Source: Podarcis vaucheri
Lineage: Eukaryota
Direction: 5' to 3' (one strand)
Assembly (NCBI GenBank): GCA_965113315.1
Contig: OZ220370.1
DNA: 64,000 nt
In this document: positions 37,272 to 50,146 of the stretch, one piece after another
Layout of the letters: the number at the start of each line of letters is the position of its first letter
Position numbering within the stretch: the first letter of the stretch is position 1
The notes under the pieces: model-generated
What the model was told of the DNA's origin: nothing
What the model saw: only the letters and a program-made list of their open reading frames with translations
Database searches by the model: none
Position numbers and translations under genes: made by a program

Positions 37272-40200
37272 TAACCCTCAATATGCATGACCAGCAAAGA
37301 TATACAAAAGGAAATCAAGGAAATTAAACCTCCAGACAGTCTAGTGAAGGCTGGTTAGTTTGCAGGCTTTGCTAATGCCTAATTATGTAGTCCATAGTAC
37401 ATAAAATTAAAATATCCTGTGCAAAGTGTCGCAGTAGCTGTGTGAGGGGAAGAACATGAATCCAGAAGCCAATGCCTAATCATACAGAGCTCTCACTTGA
37501 GTAATTCTTTTTCTACTTTTTGTTTTTGAGGTGAGAGAGAAATTGTTCAGATGGGGTCTTCACTTGATGAGATTTTGACATTCAGTGTCCAGCTCATTCA
37601 TTATTTCTCTTCACAAAGATTCTTACACCATTGATCTTTTCATTGACCGTTTCACTCGTAGAGGTGCAATATTGACATCTTACCATTGTTGCTTGGTTGC
37701 CACCTCTAATAGCTCTCAGCTCTTTTAACACCAGCTATTCTAACACTGTTATTTGCTTTAGATCTCCTCTTATATTGGGTACCAATAAATAGCATTAGGG
37801 AAAATAATTGTTCTTTGTGATGTACAGTAAAAACCCTCTTGTTACCTTAGCTTTCTAAAGACACTGCCAAAGATCCTATTGGTTGCAGTCCTTTGGGAAA
37901 ATTAAAGCCAACTTCCAAAAAAGTGCACTACAACTGCTTTGCTGATAGTGATATTTAAATGATAGTGATACCAGTGGCTTGATAGCTAACAAAGCAATCC
38001 TAATGTGCTACTGTGGCCTTGTGGAATGGCAAAGCTACTGCTGCATCTGTGGCCCAGCCACTCATGGCAGTTGAAGTGTGGGGCAGACAGATTGGGCTGG
38101 AACAGCACTCTGCCCTGGATCAGGCCCTTCATGGACAGCTGACATCAGCTATAAGAGTGGCTTGTGAGCCAGCAGACCCCAGGCCAGCTCAGCCCTTCCC
38201 TTAGAATGGGCCATTTCAGGACCTTCTTCTGGACTCTGTCAATGGGAATTTCAGTGCTTGGTGGGCAAATAAGGGTGGTCTGCACCGTTGGAGTGATGCA
38301 AGTGTCCCTTCAGTGGTAGTGACCTGGTGAGCCAGCTGATACAGGTGGAGGAATCCCTTTACTCAAATCTAAGCTCACCATAGTCTGACATAAGGAAGGT
38401 TTGGATTGTAGCCTTTAGAAGCTTGGAAGCTCAGGACTGAAAGCTTTTTATTGCATTATGTTCTATTTAGAGATATAATGGTTAGAACAATATAATCAAA
38501 TAAATTACATTTATTCATTCATTCTTCATTTACTTCCTGCCCTATTACCCTAAGGCCTCAAGGCAACTAACAACACTTAGCTTGTATGCATTGGTCCGTG
38601 TCCCTTAGAGGACTCACAGTATATGTAGGTCATATCATCAACAAGGCAAGAAAAAGAGAAGGAAATAGCAAGGGAGGAGAATTTTTAAATCATTGAACTC
38701 ACCACCACAAAAAAGCTTTACATAAAAGGAATAATTTTTAATTTCCCTGAATACATGGGAGGAAGGCAGTAGAAGGACTAATTCTCAAGTAATTTAGGAA
38801 CAGGTATGTGGATGGTGTCTGTACTTGTGTCACTGTCCTAGCTTTCTCACATATGACTGTTGATTATATGTGGTCACTGTGGTGAGAGAAGGATCAGTCT
38901 AGCTGGCCTAGAGGGAAGTACATAGATGTTTGCCCCAGTCCCCAGGAGATATGCATGAAGAAGTAGACTTCTGCATGCATAGCATTTGCTGGATGAATAG
39001 TCACTTATGTAAATCAGATGTGCAAATCACATCTGTTGCCAGTTTGTACTGTGTTGCTTTCGGAGTGATGTGTATCTCAATGCACATTCCCATCCATGTT
39101 AGATCTGGGCTGGTATAGTCACTTTCTTACACAGGGCACTTGATATTTGTTTTTTGGTTTTTTAAAAAAGTTTTGTTTTTTCATGTTTTTTCTGATGTGC
39201 TTACTTGGGATGCATCTGCCTTGAAATATATATTTTTTTGGCGGGGAATTATGCTAAAATTGTAATTATGATTGTAAACAGACATTGTAAATCTTTTATA
39301 AATTGGAAAATTCAATAATGGTAGCCCTTACCAATAAGTTGAGTTAATATTTGTATCCTGCTTTACCAACAACAAATGTAGAGCTCAAAATGGCTCACCT
39401 TCCTCCTCCCCCCCCCACCTTGTTTTGTGAGTTTGGACCTCTTCCTTGACTAGCTGGCTGTCTAACTACCGTTTTATAAACCACTTAGAGGTTTAATTAC
39501 AATCAAGCTGTATATACATTCTGTTAAATAAAAAAAACAGCAGGAATAGCTATAACTTTTTCCAGCCTCAGTGCCACATTCGTCCTCTGGGAGGCTCATG
39601 CCAGCAGTGGGTGCATATACCCCACATGCACGCTGTGCACAGATATGAAATGAAATTAAATATGTGCAGAACACATACACAGGCCACACATATGTACACA
39701 GACACAGACTCACATCACTTCTCTGATTATCTGTGCAGAGGACAGGGTTTGTGGCATCCTCCTTGCTCATCAGATGATTGATGTGATGATCATGATCAGG
39801 TGATTGATCTGATTAGGGAGGGAGCTCCCCCCCACACACACATCAGGGTACTCTACCGAGCTCTGCACCCTGATGGGGTTAAAAACCACCCTCTTCTCAC
39901 ATCAGATGACTGATCTGAAGGGGGAGAGGGCAATTCTCTCCATGACGTCTTTCAAACCAGTTTTGTTCTACCTAACAAAAAAGCAATTTCCACATGTTCA
40001 GAAGCACATTGCTCTTAGGTCCCCATTGCTGGGCTCCTGCAGCTATTGCTAGTCATGGATGCAGGGAATGAAACCCTTTTCTTAGTGTGGATCATTTGGG
40101 CAACTGCTACTTCCAGGTTCTTTGCTTGCAATAATGTCCAGCTGCTGGTGATGATCACCAAACAGCTCAGAAAGTAATCTCATCACACATCAGAAGGCAG

Positions 40201-43200
40201 AGTGGCTTCAGCCCCCCCCCCCGCCCCATCTTACCCCATGATAGCTGTAAGCCCTTCAGATGCTTCAGCCACCATCAGGTTTCCCTTAGTGCTGCTATAT
40301 GCAGTTGGGGTCTCTCTCTCCCCCACTTCATTACTTCTAATACCACTAACAATTTCAGTAGGTTGTCTGGGATTCAGACTCAGCCCATCGGTTGTCAGTC
40401 AGCACTCCTGAACTGTATGCCATTTCTGTAAGACTCTAGCCACTCCTTTTATGATATTTGCCTCTCACTGACTTGCAGTTCTATCTAATCTTTGGTGCTA
40501 AATGCTGAATTAAGTCTCATATGCGAAGTGTGTGTAGGCAGCTTTCCACAGCCGTCTCAAGGGCTGTCTTGTGCCGTGATGCTCTTGAGCTATTTAATCA
40601 GTTTAGTGCAATCTTTCAAACAATATTTTCAACAAGAATTAACAGATTTCATGTAGCATTTCACCCTCCATAAAGTCTAGCTTACCTATTTCTCTTTCAC
40701 TACCCTCATCAAGTCTATTAAGTTGTTCATAATTAAAATATCCCTCAGTGTCTTATACCAGAAAGAAATGAGCCCATATTTTTGCTGTGAACAATTGTGG
40801 CACAAATTACCCAGAGGCCCTTGCATTATGGGGAATAAAAACTGGCCAGATGGTCCCTGAGTTGTTCCAGCTGTTCTTGAAATTTTCATAGGAATTGCTG
40901 ATATGCCCAAGGGAAAATGTAATGAAAGGCAAGATTTAACTTTATATAAAGAACAGTAGACTACAAAAATGGAATCTTTCCTTAACATCAAAAAAATGTT
41001 TTGAAGGATCTATGTTATTCTTAAGGGTATTAATGCAATGATCTCCTTTACACTTATAACTTAGTGTCCTTCAAGATTTTTCACCATTTTTGTACTTAGC
41101 TATAGACACTGGATATAATTTTCTTGTTTTAAAAAAGACCACATATATAGAGGCACTCCAGAGCTTTATAAAAATAAACTCTTGAGTTTCAGAAACACCA
41201 TGGTTTGTTGAGCCATCCTGCCGCAGACACTACTCAAGCTACAAAAGCCTAAAGCAAGAGCAACTAGAAAATGAACCAAGCTTTGTCATGGCATATTTGC
41301 TCATATGTGACAAAATGCAGGGCTTGTTAAACAAACCATGGTTTTTAGAAAAGGATTTGCATTATGCAACCAGTGTAAAGTGAAAGTGGGTGTGGCCTTC
41401 TGGTCAGCATGCTGAGCTGAGGCCACTCCCACCCTACTGATGGAGACTCAGAGGCTCTGGCCCTGGTTACATAATAAAGTCTTGGAGAAACTTTGCTTTC
41501 CAAAGTGGTTTGGACAAGTATTAATGTCATCTATTTCAAAAAAATATATTAAAAAAAATCTGTCGAGGCAGTAAGGTGAATTAAACGGTGATGACTCCTG
41601 CTACACCAGCTGTTCTTGATAATTGCCTACTCTGAGGGGGGAAAAATGTTTTCCCCATTTCTCCTCTTGCAAATGATGACCAAAGGTACCAACTGTGAGC
41701 AGCCTCCAAGCATTCATGAAGCAAATGAGAAAGTAGATATCTGAGCCTTCTATGTGCACTATAATGGTAGTGAGATTTTTTGCCCTTGCAGAAGAGAGTA
41801 AAGTAGTCAGGTCAAAACAAACAACCTGGAAAGCAGAGCATTTAGGACTAATTTGTGTGTTACATGGATCTCTGAAATGTTGGTGTGGGAGAAGAATTAT
41901 ATTTCATTTGAGACCAACCTGCTTAAGAAAGATCATGACCTTTCTGATGGCTATGTAGCCTAAAATCAGATGGGAACTGTGCAGTTTGACAGCCGAGGGA
42001 GACCTATCCATGGCATTCATAATTGTTGTTGTTTTTTGTATGCTTCTGAACTGCTCTGGGACTAAGAAAAGGGCAGTTTACCTGGTGTCAAAATCAAATC
42101 TCAATGAAAATGTCTCCAGACTATGCCAAAGAAATTGCTGACCAGAGGTGAAATTTTAACAGAACTGAGAGACTAGTCAATAAAACTAGTTTTTGCCCCT
42201 ATCAGACGGAGGACAGATATCATGAGACAAATGTGCAGATATCATGGGACAAATATGTCCCTCAGGAACTCTGGCGAGGCTGTCTACTTCCTTGACTCTG
42301 TTGAAGGACCTGAACCTGATGAAGAATGAAAATAACATTACAAGTTTGTTTATTACTGCACCTGTCTTTTAGCTCCTATACTGCATGGACAAGTTGCAAA
42401 ACCTCTCTGGTGTCTTCTTCACAGAAAAAAAAAATATGTTCCTCATCTGACCCATCTCATTGGAAGTGAGACCCTCTGCTGTCAGAACAGGCAGGAAGGG
42501 AGAAACTTGGTGTAGTTCACCCTGGAGTCTTGTTTGGCAGTCTCTCTGATTTCTTTTGGGTATTCTGTGAAGTCCTAGGCTTGTTAGTGTGCTTCAGCTT
42601 CCATCTGAGGGTCTTTCTCCCTGTTGTTTCTATACTTTCCAGTACCTTAAAGTTCTGTTTTCCTATACATCTATATCTATGTTTCTCTAGGTCCTTGAGC
42701 TTTGAAAGTAATGAGGCTGCTGTAAATGGAATATTTTATAATGCACAGATATCAGACAAATCTTGGAGCCTGTGTGTGGTCATACAGTCAACCTATGGTG
42801 TTTGTGACTAAACTCAAGCAATAAATTCCTTTCATTGTCCCTTTAGAACAATAGCTGTTTGGTCCTGTTGTACTTTTTAAGAGAAAAAGAAAAAAGAAAC
42901 CCTTAATTTATATTTATTGGAGAGCAACCCAATCAAACCTGGTGTACCTTACTTCTGAATAGACCTGCACAAGACTGGGAGTTTAGCCATGTGAAAAAAG
43001 TGAAACAGGACATTTTTTATTCTCTGTTACTTACTCCAGAACATCACTGGTTGTGGCTCTACTCACCACCAGCATGCAGGGCTCAATAGGCTACCCCCAA
43101 AAAATGTGGATCTTGAAAGGGAAAAGGAGGGCCAAACCCTGAATTTAGTGTTCTTTGTGAAAAAATAATAATTTAAACCAAGGGGGAAATTGTATGCTGC

Positions 43201-44399
43201 CTCTAGACATCGTGCCTCCCCACCTCTGAAATGTATTCCCAGCTTTCTGTTTGTTCAACGTGTCCTGAAGACTACTACTTCCCATTGCAGGGAAATGAGT
43301 GCTAATAAAAAGTAATGATGATACCATTGACCTAGCCACTTACCACGCCCATTCATGTTCACATAAAACTATGCAAAATATATGGACAACTATAGCATAC
43401 CATTAACAAATACTAGACCTGCGTGTTGATGAAGGAATTAGGAAACCACCAAAAAATGTTGCTCACACAACTGAATGCCTAACTGATCTAGCCTTAGGAG
43501 ATCATATATTATATGGAAGTTGTTTTAATTTGGTTGTGTACTTTTTGATGCTTTTTATTGTTTACTTTTGTTCTGCTTGTGATTATGTGTTTTTTCATGT
43601 CTTAAGCTGCCTTAAGCATGGTTTTAACTGTGGAAAGGCAGCATACATATAAAATTATGTATGTATGTATTAGGGTGCTCTAGCAACTTTGCAACTATGT
43701 TCATCAACTGCAAACATCAGGGTTTTTTCAGAATTTGTGTATTTGCCATCATATAATTTCATATCCAATGACAAATAATGAAAAATCAAGATTGAAATTC
43801 AGCATTTAAACTTGTCACAAAGAATAGACCCCTCAGAACTCTCCAGTTCATTCCTGAACCTGGTATAACAGTATTTTATTAGGAGCCGAACTTATGCCAG
43901 GATCTTCAAATGGAACATCTTGTAGAACTAAGAATAAAACTGGGCCATTGCCATTTGCTTGAATGGTAATTAGTAGAGAGGTTTGACAATTTTGGCATCT
44001 GTTGTATGTAGGTGGAGAGAGAAAGCAAGTTCTGCTTTAAATGTGCAGTCATGAAACAGTATACCTTAAGCTCAAATGCCATCTAAAAATAAAGAACAAA
44101 ACTACTTTTAATAGAAAGCAGGAAGTGCTTCTTCAAGTACAATTGTCATTAAATATGTAATAGTTGCTACCACAACTGCATATCTATATAAAAAGTGCCT
44201 TGTAACTGGAATATGAAATAATGGCTGATGGTCAGATTTCATTACAGGTAGTAAGTGCTGGCTTCAAAACATTACTAATATATATTTAGGAGGCGAAATC
44301 ATTTTTTAAATGTCAAATTCAGAACATATATCGGGAATGCTATCTGTGAGGAAAATGTTATCACTGAGAGTATTGTACTTTTCACCAGGGTTTGGTCTA

Positions 44400-44520
44400 A
44401 AACAGGTCTTCCCAACCTGTTGACCTCTAGATGTTTTGGAGTACAGGTCCCCAATATTCACAGGAAGCATGGGCAGTAGTCATGAATGATGGGAGTTTTG
44501 GAACGCGCATCTGGAGGGAA
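44400..44520. mobile_element. Short hAT-type MITE remnant
   Basis: CAGGTCTTCCCAACCTG..CTCTAGATGTTTTGG with inverted CATCTGGAGG; a related copy lies near 58765-58876. Confidence 0.5.
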
Positions 44521-44559
44521 ATTACAGGCCAATATAGATTAATGCCTGTCCCCTGAAAA

Positions 44560-45542
44560 CTGGTAAAAAAACATTGTCAAAGATAATATAACCAAGCATA
44601 TAGAAGAACAAGCCTTACTGAAACAGAGCCAGCGTGACTTCCGCAGGGGCAAGCCCAGTCTCATGAACTATTAGAGTTCTTTTAGAGTGTCAACAAGCAT
44701 ACAGCTAGAGGTGATCCAGTTGACATAGTAGACTCTTACTTTCAAAAAACTTTGGACTAAGTACCTCACCAAAAACTCTTCAGTAAGTTTTACAATCGAA
44801 GAAGGGAAGAAGTTCTATTGTGGCTCAGGAATGGGTTGCAGGAAGCAAATAATGGAGACAAGTGAAATTTCAAGTCCCCCCCAAGGATCTGCATTGAGAC
44901 CTGTGATTTTTTTAACCAGATTGTTAATAAATGATCTGGAGTTAGGAGTGAACAGCGAGGCGGCCACGTTTGCTAATGATATTAAATTGCTCAGGGTTGT
45001 TCAAACAGAAAGAGATTGCCAAAAGCTCCAAAAGGAGCTCTCCAACCTGACTGAATGGGTGGTAAAATGGCAAATGCGATTCAGTGTATATAAATGTAAA
45101 GGGATGCATGTTGGGGCAAAAAAAACCCTTAATTTTACATATATGCTCATAGGATCTGAACTGACAGTGATGGACCAGGAGGAAGACATTGGGATCATAG
45201 CAGATAGTTCAGTGACTATATCAAACCAGCATTCAGCAGCTGTGAAAAAAGCCAGTTTTCCATGCTAGGCTGTAACTGTAATTGGAATACTGTATACAGT
45301 TCTCGTCACTTCACCTCAAAAGAGATGTTGTAGTGTTGGGAGAAGTTCAGGTAGGGGTGACCAAAATGATCAAGGGGATGGCATGACTTCCCTATGAAGA
45401 AAGGCTGCAGCATTTGGGACTTCTTAGTTCAGAGAAAAGGAGAGTAAGAGGTAAAATGAGAGAAGTTTATGCATGGCATGGAGAAAGTGGATAGAGAAAG
45501 GTTTTTCTCCCTCTCTGATAACACTAGAACTCATAGACATCC
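44560..45542 (+). mobile_element. CR1 LINE fragment, left part (interrupted by a Penelope element)
   Basis: RT remnants (PQGSALRPVIF, INDLELGVNS..FANDIKL, KWQMRFSVYKCK). Confidence 0.9.
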
Positions 45543-46401
45543 TAAATAAAAAAATTCCTTCCTGTAGCACCTTAAAGACCAACTAAGTTAGTTCTTGGTA
45601 TAAGCTTTCGTGTGCATGCACACTTCTTCAGATACACTGAAACAGAAGTTGCCAGATCCTTCTATATAGTGAGAAGGTGGGGAGGGGTATTACCCAGAAG
45701 GGTGGTGGGAATGGGAGATTGGCAGATAGCTGAGATGAGCCTGTTGACGACTCTTAACGACTGTAATAGGTCTTACAGGAAAAGGCAAGGGGTGAGAAGG
45801 TGAGAAATGGCTTAGTCATGTATAATTAGATAAGAATACAATGTCTTTGTTCAGACCAGGTCTCTCCATTGTTTTAAGTTTGGTAATGAGTTGCAATTCA
45901 GCAGCTTCTCTTTCCAGTCTATTTCTGAAATTCCTTTGTAGTAAAACAGCTACTTTGAGATCTTGTATAGAATGTCCTGGGAGATTGAAGTGTTCTCCTA
46001 CTGGTTTCTCTGTTTTGTGATTCTTGATGTCAGATTTATGTCCGTTTATTCTTTGGCGTAAGGTTTGGCCTGTTTGTCCAATATAGAGAGCTGAAGGACA
46101 CTGTTGGCATTTGATGGCATACACAATGTTAGACGATGAGCAATTAAATAGTCCCGAGATGGTATGTGTGATGTTGTTGGGGCCAGTAATGGTGTTGTCC
46201 GGGTGTATGTGGCAACAAAGTTGGCATCTGGGTTTATTGCAGGCTCTGGTGCCAGTGTCCGTGTTAAGTCTGGTTGTGGTATTATTGTGGGTTAGGAGTT
46301 GTTTAAGATTGGGTGGCTGTCTGTAGGCAATGAAAGGTCTTCCTCCCAGAGCTTGAGAAAGAGAACTGTCATTGTCCAGGAGAGGTTGTAGATCTCTGAT
46401 G
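45543..46401 (-). mobile_element. 5'-truncated Penelope-like element (Neptune-type) with GIY-YIG endonuclease and 3' pLTR
   Basis: An open frame of about 195 codons carries a Cys-rich linker (ACNKPRCQLC) and a GIY-YIG domain (VYAIKC..C...LYIGQTG..LRQR...H...GLN). The element splits a CR1. Confidence 0.9.
45597..45636 (-). ncRNA. Minimal type I hammerhead ribozyme of the Penelope pLTR
   Basis: The minus strand reads GUAU-CUGAAGA-A-GUGUGCAUGCACAC-GAAA-GC-UU-AUAC. It has both core boxes, a palindromic stem II, stem I GUAU/AUAC and a palindromic AGCU in place of stem III. Confidence 0.75.
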
Positions 46402-46640
46402 ATCCAATTGAGCTGAATGTTGGAAGTTTCAGGACAGATAAAGGAAAGTAAGCTCTGCCTCTACACTTTGAGGCAGCAATGGTTCTGAATGCCAGTTGCT
46501 GCAAACCACGGGGGGGGGGGGAGCGTGCTCTTGTGCTTAAATCCTGCTTGTAGGGTTTCCCACAGGCCAGTGGTTGGCCACTGTGAGAACAGGATGTTGG
46601 ACTTCAACGGGCCATTGGCCTGATCCAGCAGGCTCCTCTT
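46402..46640 (+). mobile_element. CR1 LINE fragment, right part (3' end)
   Basis: The CR1 resumes at ATCCAATTGAGCTGAATGTTGGAAG, as in the uninterrupted copy near 2150, and ends in a CR1-type 3' UTR. Confidence 0.8.
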
Positions 46641-48009
46641 AGGTGGTCCACCCTACGATTCTGTTGTTTCAGGCTATAGATAAAAAGATGAAATGTCATC
46701 TTACTAGTGAACAAACTATTAAGAATGTCACAAAAAAAGTTGGGTTACATCAGCAGAACAAAGGAGCCTTCAAATATTTAACTCCTCCTAGTAACTTGTA
46801 TGCAAAGATAATGATCCAAGTTAATTAACACTTTCCTACTAACTCTGTTAAAAGTTTACTATGAAACAAAGTGTCCACCTTGCTAAATTAAGAAGAAAAG
46901 CCATACCACTTTGGTGTGATTTTTTTAAAAAATTAGTGCTCATTTATTGGCTTAACTTCACATTACTGATTTCTGAGAAGATCAGATAGATACATATATG
47001 CACACCTAGATGTGTCATTTTTGTACCATATATTTGTTTTTACTTTTTGTATGATAGGTGCATTAAATGCTATCTCATTAATAATTCTTTATCTAGAATC
47101 TCACCTTCGGTTCAGCAGATTCCTCAGACTTACTGTACTTCCTTGCTTGTTGTATATTGGCAGTGCAGGTAGTTTTGACTATATCAGGGTTTGGTATAGA
47201 AAAAAAATATATATTTCAGCTCATAAATTTTAATACTTCTATAATAATTTCACACACTGAGTCCCTTGACAGCTGCTTGTATACTTCTCATTCCCTCCTA
47301 GAACAGATGATATATTGCTGATCATCTGATTGGGGCTATCCTGATGTGGGCTCCAGTGCCTTTGCTATGTTTATAGGCTGCTCTGCAAGAAAATATCAGG
47401 GCACCTGACACAGATGAATGAAAACAAATTAAAATTCAATGACAATAAGCACATACTAATAAAAATGTACCAAGCATAAAAGACCGAAGTAGCAAAGGCA
47501 AACAAAGCAAAACCCCACATCCAAACTAAACAAAGTTAAAAGACTTGTGGGGGGAGAGGAGAAGTCTTTACCTTGGACCACAATGACAAGCAAGCCTCAC
47601 TAGGTAAGGTGTTCTCTAGGCAGGGTGCCACTACTGTAAAGGCCCTTCAGTGACCAACTATCTGCATCTCACCCAGAAATGTACACACATTTGGTTCTTT
47701 AGCTAACCAAAATTACGTATGACAACTCCTGGCTTGGGGCAGCTATACTATAGAATATTCTTAAAATGGGATACGATATCTTCATTGTATTAGACAAACA
47801 TCAATTCTGTTTTCAGTTACAAAGTCCGACTTAGGCCTGGTTTGTTCATAGAACAAAATGATGTGAGAATGAGATAAGAAATAATTCAAGTGGTAGAGTG
47901 GACCCTATTAGTCGAGGTCATGTTTTTAATCCCCCCCCCCAACTTCCCTGGTCTAGAACCTTTCTCTCTGATGTGCTAGATAGGTTTTTGTTTTGTTTTT
48001 ATTTGCATG

Positions 48010-48385
48010 ACAATTATTTATTATTTCTACCTGTGGGCCCATCCAAATGGTTATAGGGTGGGTTGCATAATATCACAATTAAAACAAGTATATGCTATAT
48101 TACAATCATAGAGTAAAACGACAAAGCTAACCGAATGGAGCACATCCACTCAAGCCTGAGCAAAGAGGTGTGCCTTAACCAATTGTCAAAAAAGTATACA
48201 GTGATGGCGCAAGATGCCCCTGGGAGGAAATCATTCCACATCCTGGGGCCAATGCAGATAAGTCCCTCTCACGTGTTGCCTCCCCTCTAACCACAGGAGG
48301 CAGGGGCAGTGCTAACAGAGCCTTGCTGATTTTAACACCTGGGCAGATTGATTTGGGAGGAGCCCAAGTTGTTCAGGGATATATA
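48010..48385 (-). mobile_element. Old L2-like 3' fragment hosting the microsatellite and inverted repeat
   Basis: The layout resembles 7912-8495 (GCCTG..AAAGAGGTGTGCCTT, TTCCACA..CTGGGGCC). It is degenerate. Confidence 0.45.
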
Positions 48386-48446
48386 GATGTATGTATGTAT
48401 GTATATATGTATGTACGTATGTATGTGTGTGTATATATATATATAT

Positions 48447-49315
48447 ATGCAGGTTTTGGTGTCTTCGGGTGTCTTCCCGTGTAAGAGTCGGGGTGTCTGT
48501 GCGACGTTTCGACGAGGTCTCACTCGTCATCTTCAGGCTGGTGCTTTCGGCTTCTTGTTACTGGAACAGAGCAGAGTCTGGTGTTTGAGTTCCTATAAAT
48601 ACTGTTGAGGGGTGTGGTGTATAGCCTCCAACGTTCTGGGCAAAGAGGAAGTTCCTAGATTAGTGTGCCTTTTCTTCTTTTGTTCCTTAATTACTTGAGG
48701 GATATCTTGGGTGATTTCATGAGTGGTATTCAGAATATCACTGGGTGGGTCATTAAGTGTAGATTAGTTGCTAAAGCTTTCGTGTCTTGACCTCTTGAGC
48801 TTGTGAAGAGTTTTTCTGAGAAGATGGCTGTGCTGCATTTAGTTGTGCTCTGGCTCGCCCCTATACACGAAGCCAAGCCAGAGCACAACTAAATGCAGCA
48901 CAGCCATCTTCTCAGAAAAACTCTTCACAAGCTCAAGAGGTCAAGACACGAAAGCTTTAGCAACTAATCTACACTTAATGACCCACCCAGTGATATTCTG
49001 AATACCACTCATGAAATCACCCAAGATATCCCTCAAGTAATTAAGGAACAAAAGAAGAAAAGGCACACTAATCTAGGAACTTCCTCTTTGCCCAGAACGT
49101 TGGAGGCTATACACCACACCCCTCAACAGTATTTATAGGAACTCAAACACCAGACTCTGCTCTGTTCCAGTAACAAGAAGCCGAAAGCACCAGCCTGAAG
49201 ATGACGAGTGAGACCTCGTCGAAACGTCGCACAGACACCCCGACTCTTACACGGGAAGACACCCGAAGACACCAAAACCTGCATTCCTGTACCCGTGAAA
49301 ATCTACGAAAGCAAA
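48447..49315. mobile_element. Inverted pair of Penelope-like pseudo-LTRs (409-bp arms, 20-nt spacer, about 31-nt tail) in a (TA)n/(TATG)n tract
   Basis: 48447-48855 is the reverse complement of 48876-49284, with no mismatch found by eye. Each arm carries a hammerhead core and a TATAAATA motif. Confidence 0.88.
49191..49232 (+). ncRNA. Minimal hammerhead ribozyme motif (mirror copy on the - strand at 48499-48540)
   Basis: GC-CUGAAGA-U-GACGAG-ugagac-CUCGUC-GAAA-C-GUC-GC: intact core, 6-bp stem II, GUC triplet and palindromic ACGU. Stem I is short. Confidence 0.72.
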
Positions 49316-50146
49316 TATATATATATATGTATATATATGCTTATGTGTTAACAACTTAAAATGGGCTTGGTAATGGGTCTGTTTGTGGGAACAGCTATAG
49401 TGGCACAGCCCAGCCGACTACCTCTGGATTCCATCACCTTATTCTGTTGCATATATAAATCATTTCCTAAAGTTTGGAGCAGCTTAGATTTTTCATTTTC
49501 CCAGCAGACCTAAGAATGTAGTCATCCAAGAGATTAGCATGCCCTAACACCGCAGTTAGAACTTAATGTAATGTCTCCTCATAAACAGTGCTATTCAGTG
49601 AAGTCATTTCAGACATTTAAGCTGTGAGTCATCCTAAGCTCTGTTCATGCAACCAAATGATAGAGTGAAAGCATGCATGGGGGAGCAGGAGGAACTCTTC
49701 TTTGCAGAGCCTTTGCGCATACAACTTGCACATGCACAGCTCTTTCTGAATCATGCAGAGACAGCCTACTGTATACAAACTGCATCCCTGAAAATTTGAT
49801 GCAGAAGTCTCAGTGAATGGGTAGAAGCCTGTTACTATGTTCCTCCTCTATTCTGCATACACACTTTACCCTGTTTTGTTACATGAATAGTGTCATAGAG
49901 TAAACTAAGTGACCAAGGGATGAATACGGCTGTGATAAACAGCCATCACACATAATGACTTCCTCAAAAGAATCCTATGAGCTCTGCTACAAAGTAGGGA
50001 TTTAAACTTGAGCCTGCTATATCAAATTGCAACATATCCCACCCCATGGCCAGCAATTGCAACCTTAAATATAGTTGCTTTATTTAACTCTATTTTCTAT
50101 TTTCTACCCATTGGGCTGTATTCAGCTACCACATCCCAACAGTACT

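Noticed and set aside
48312-48608. ORFs rich in Y/I/H/V/C
   Set aside because: These are translations of microsatellites, as also at 9506, 18904 and 54576.
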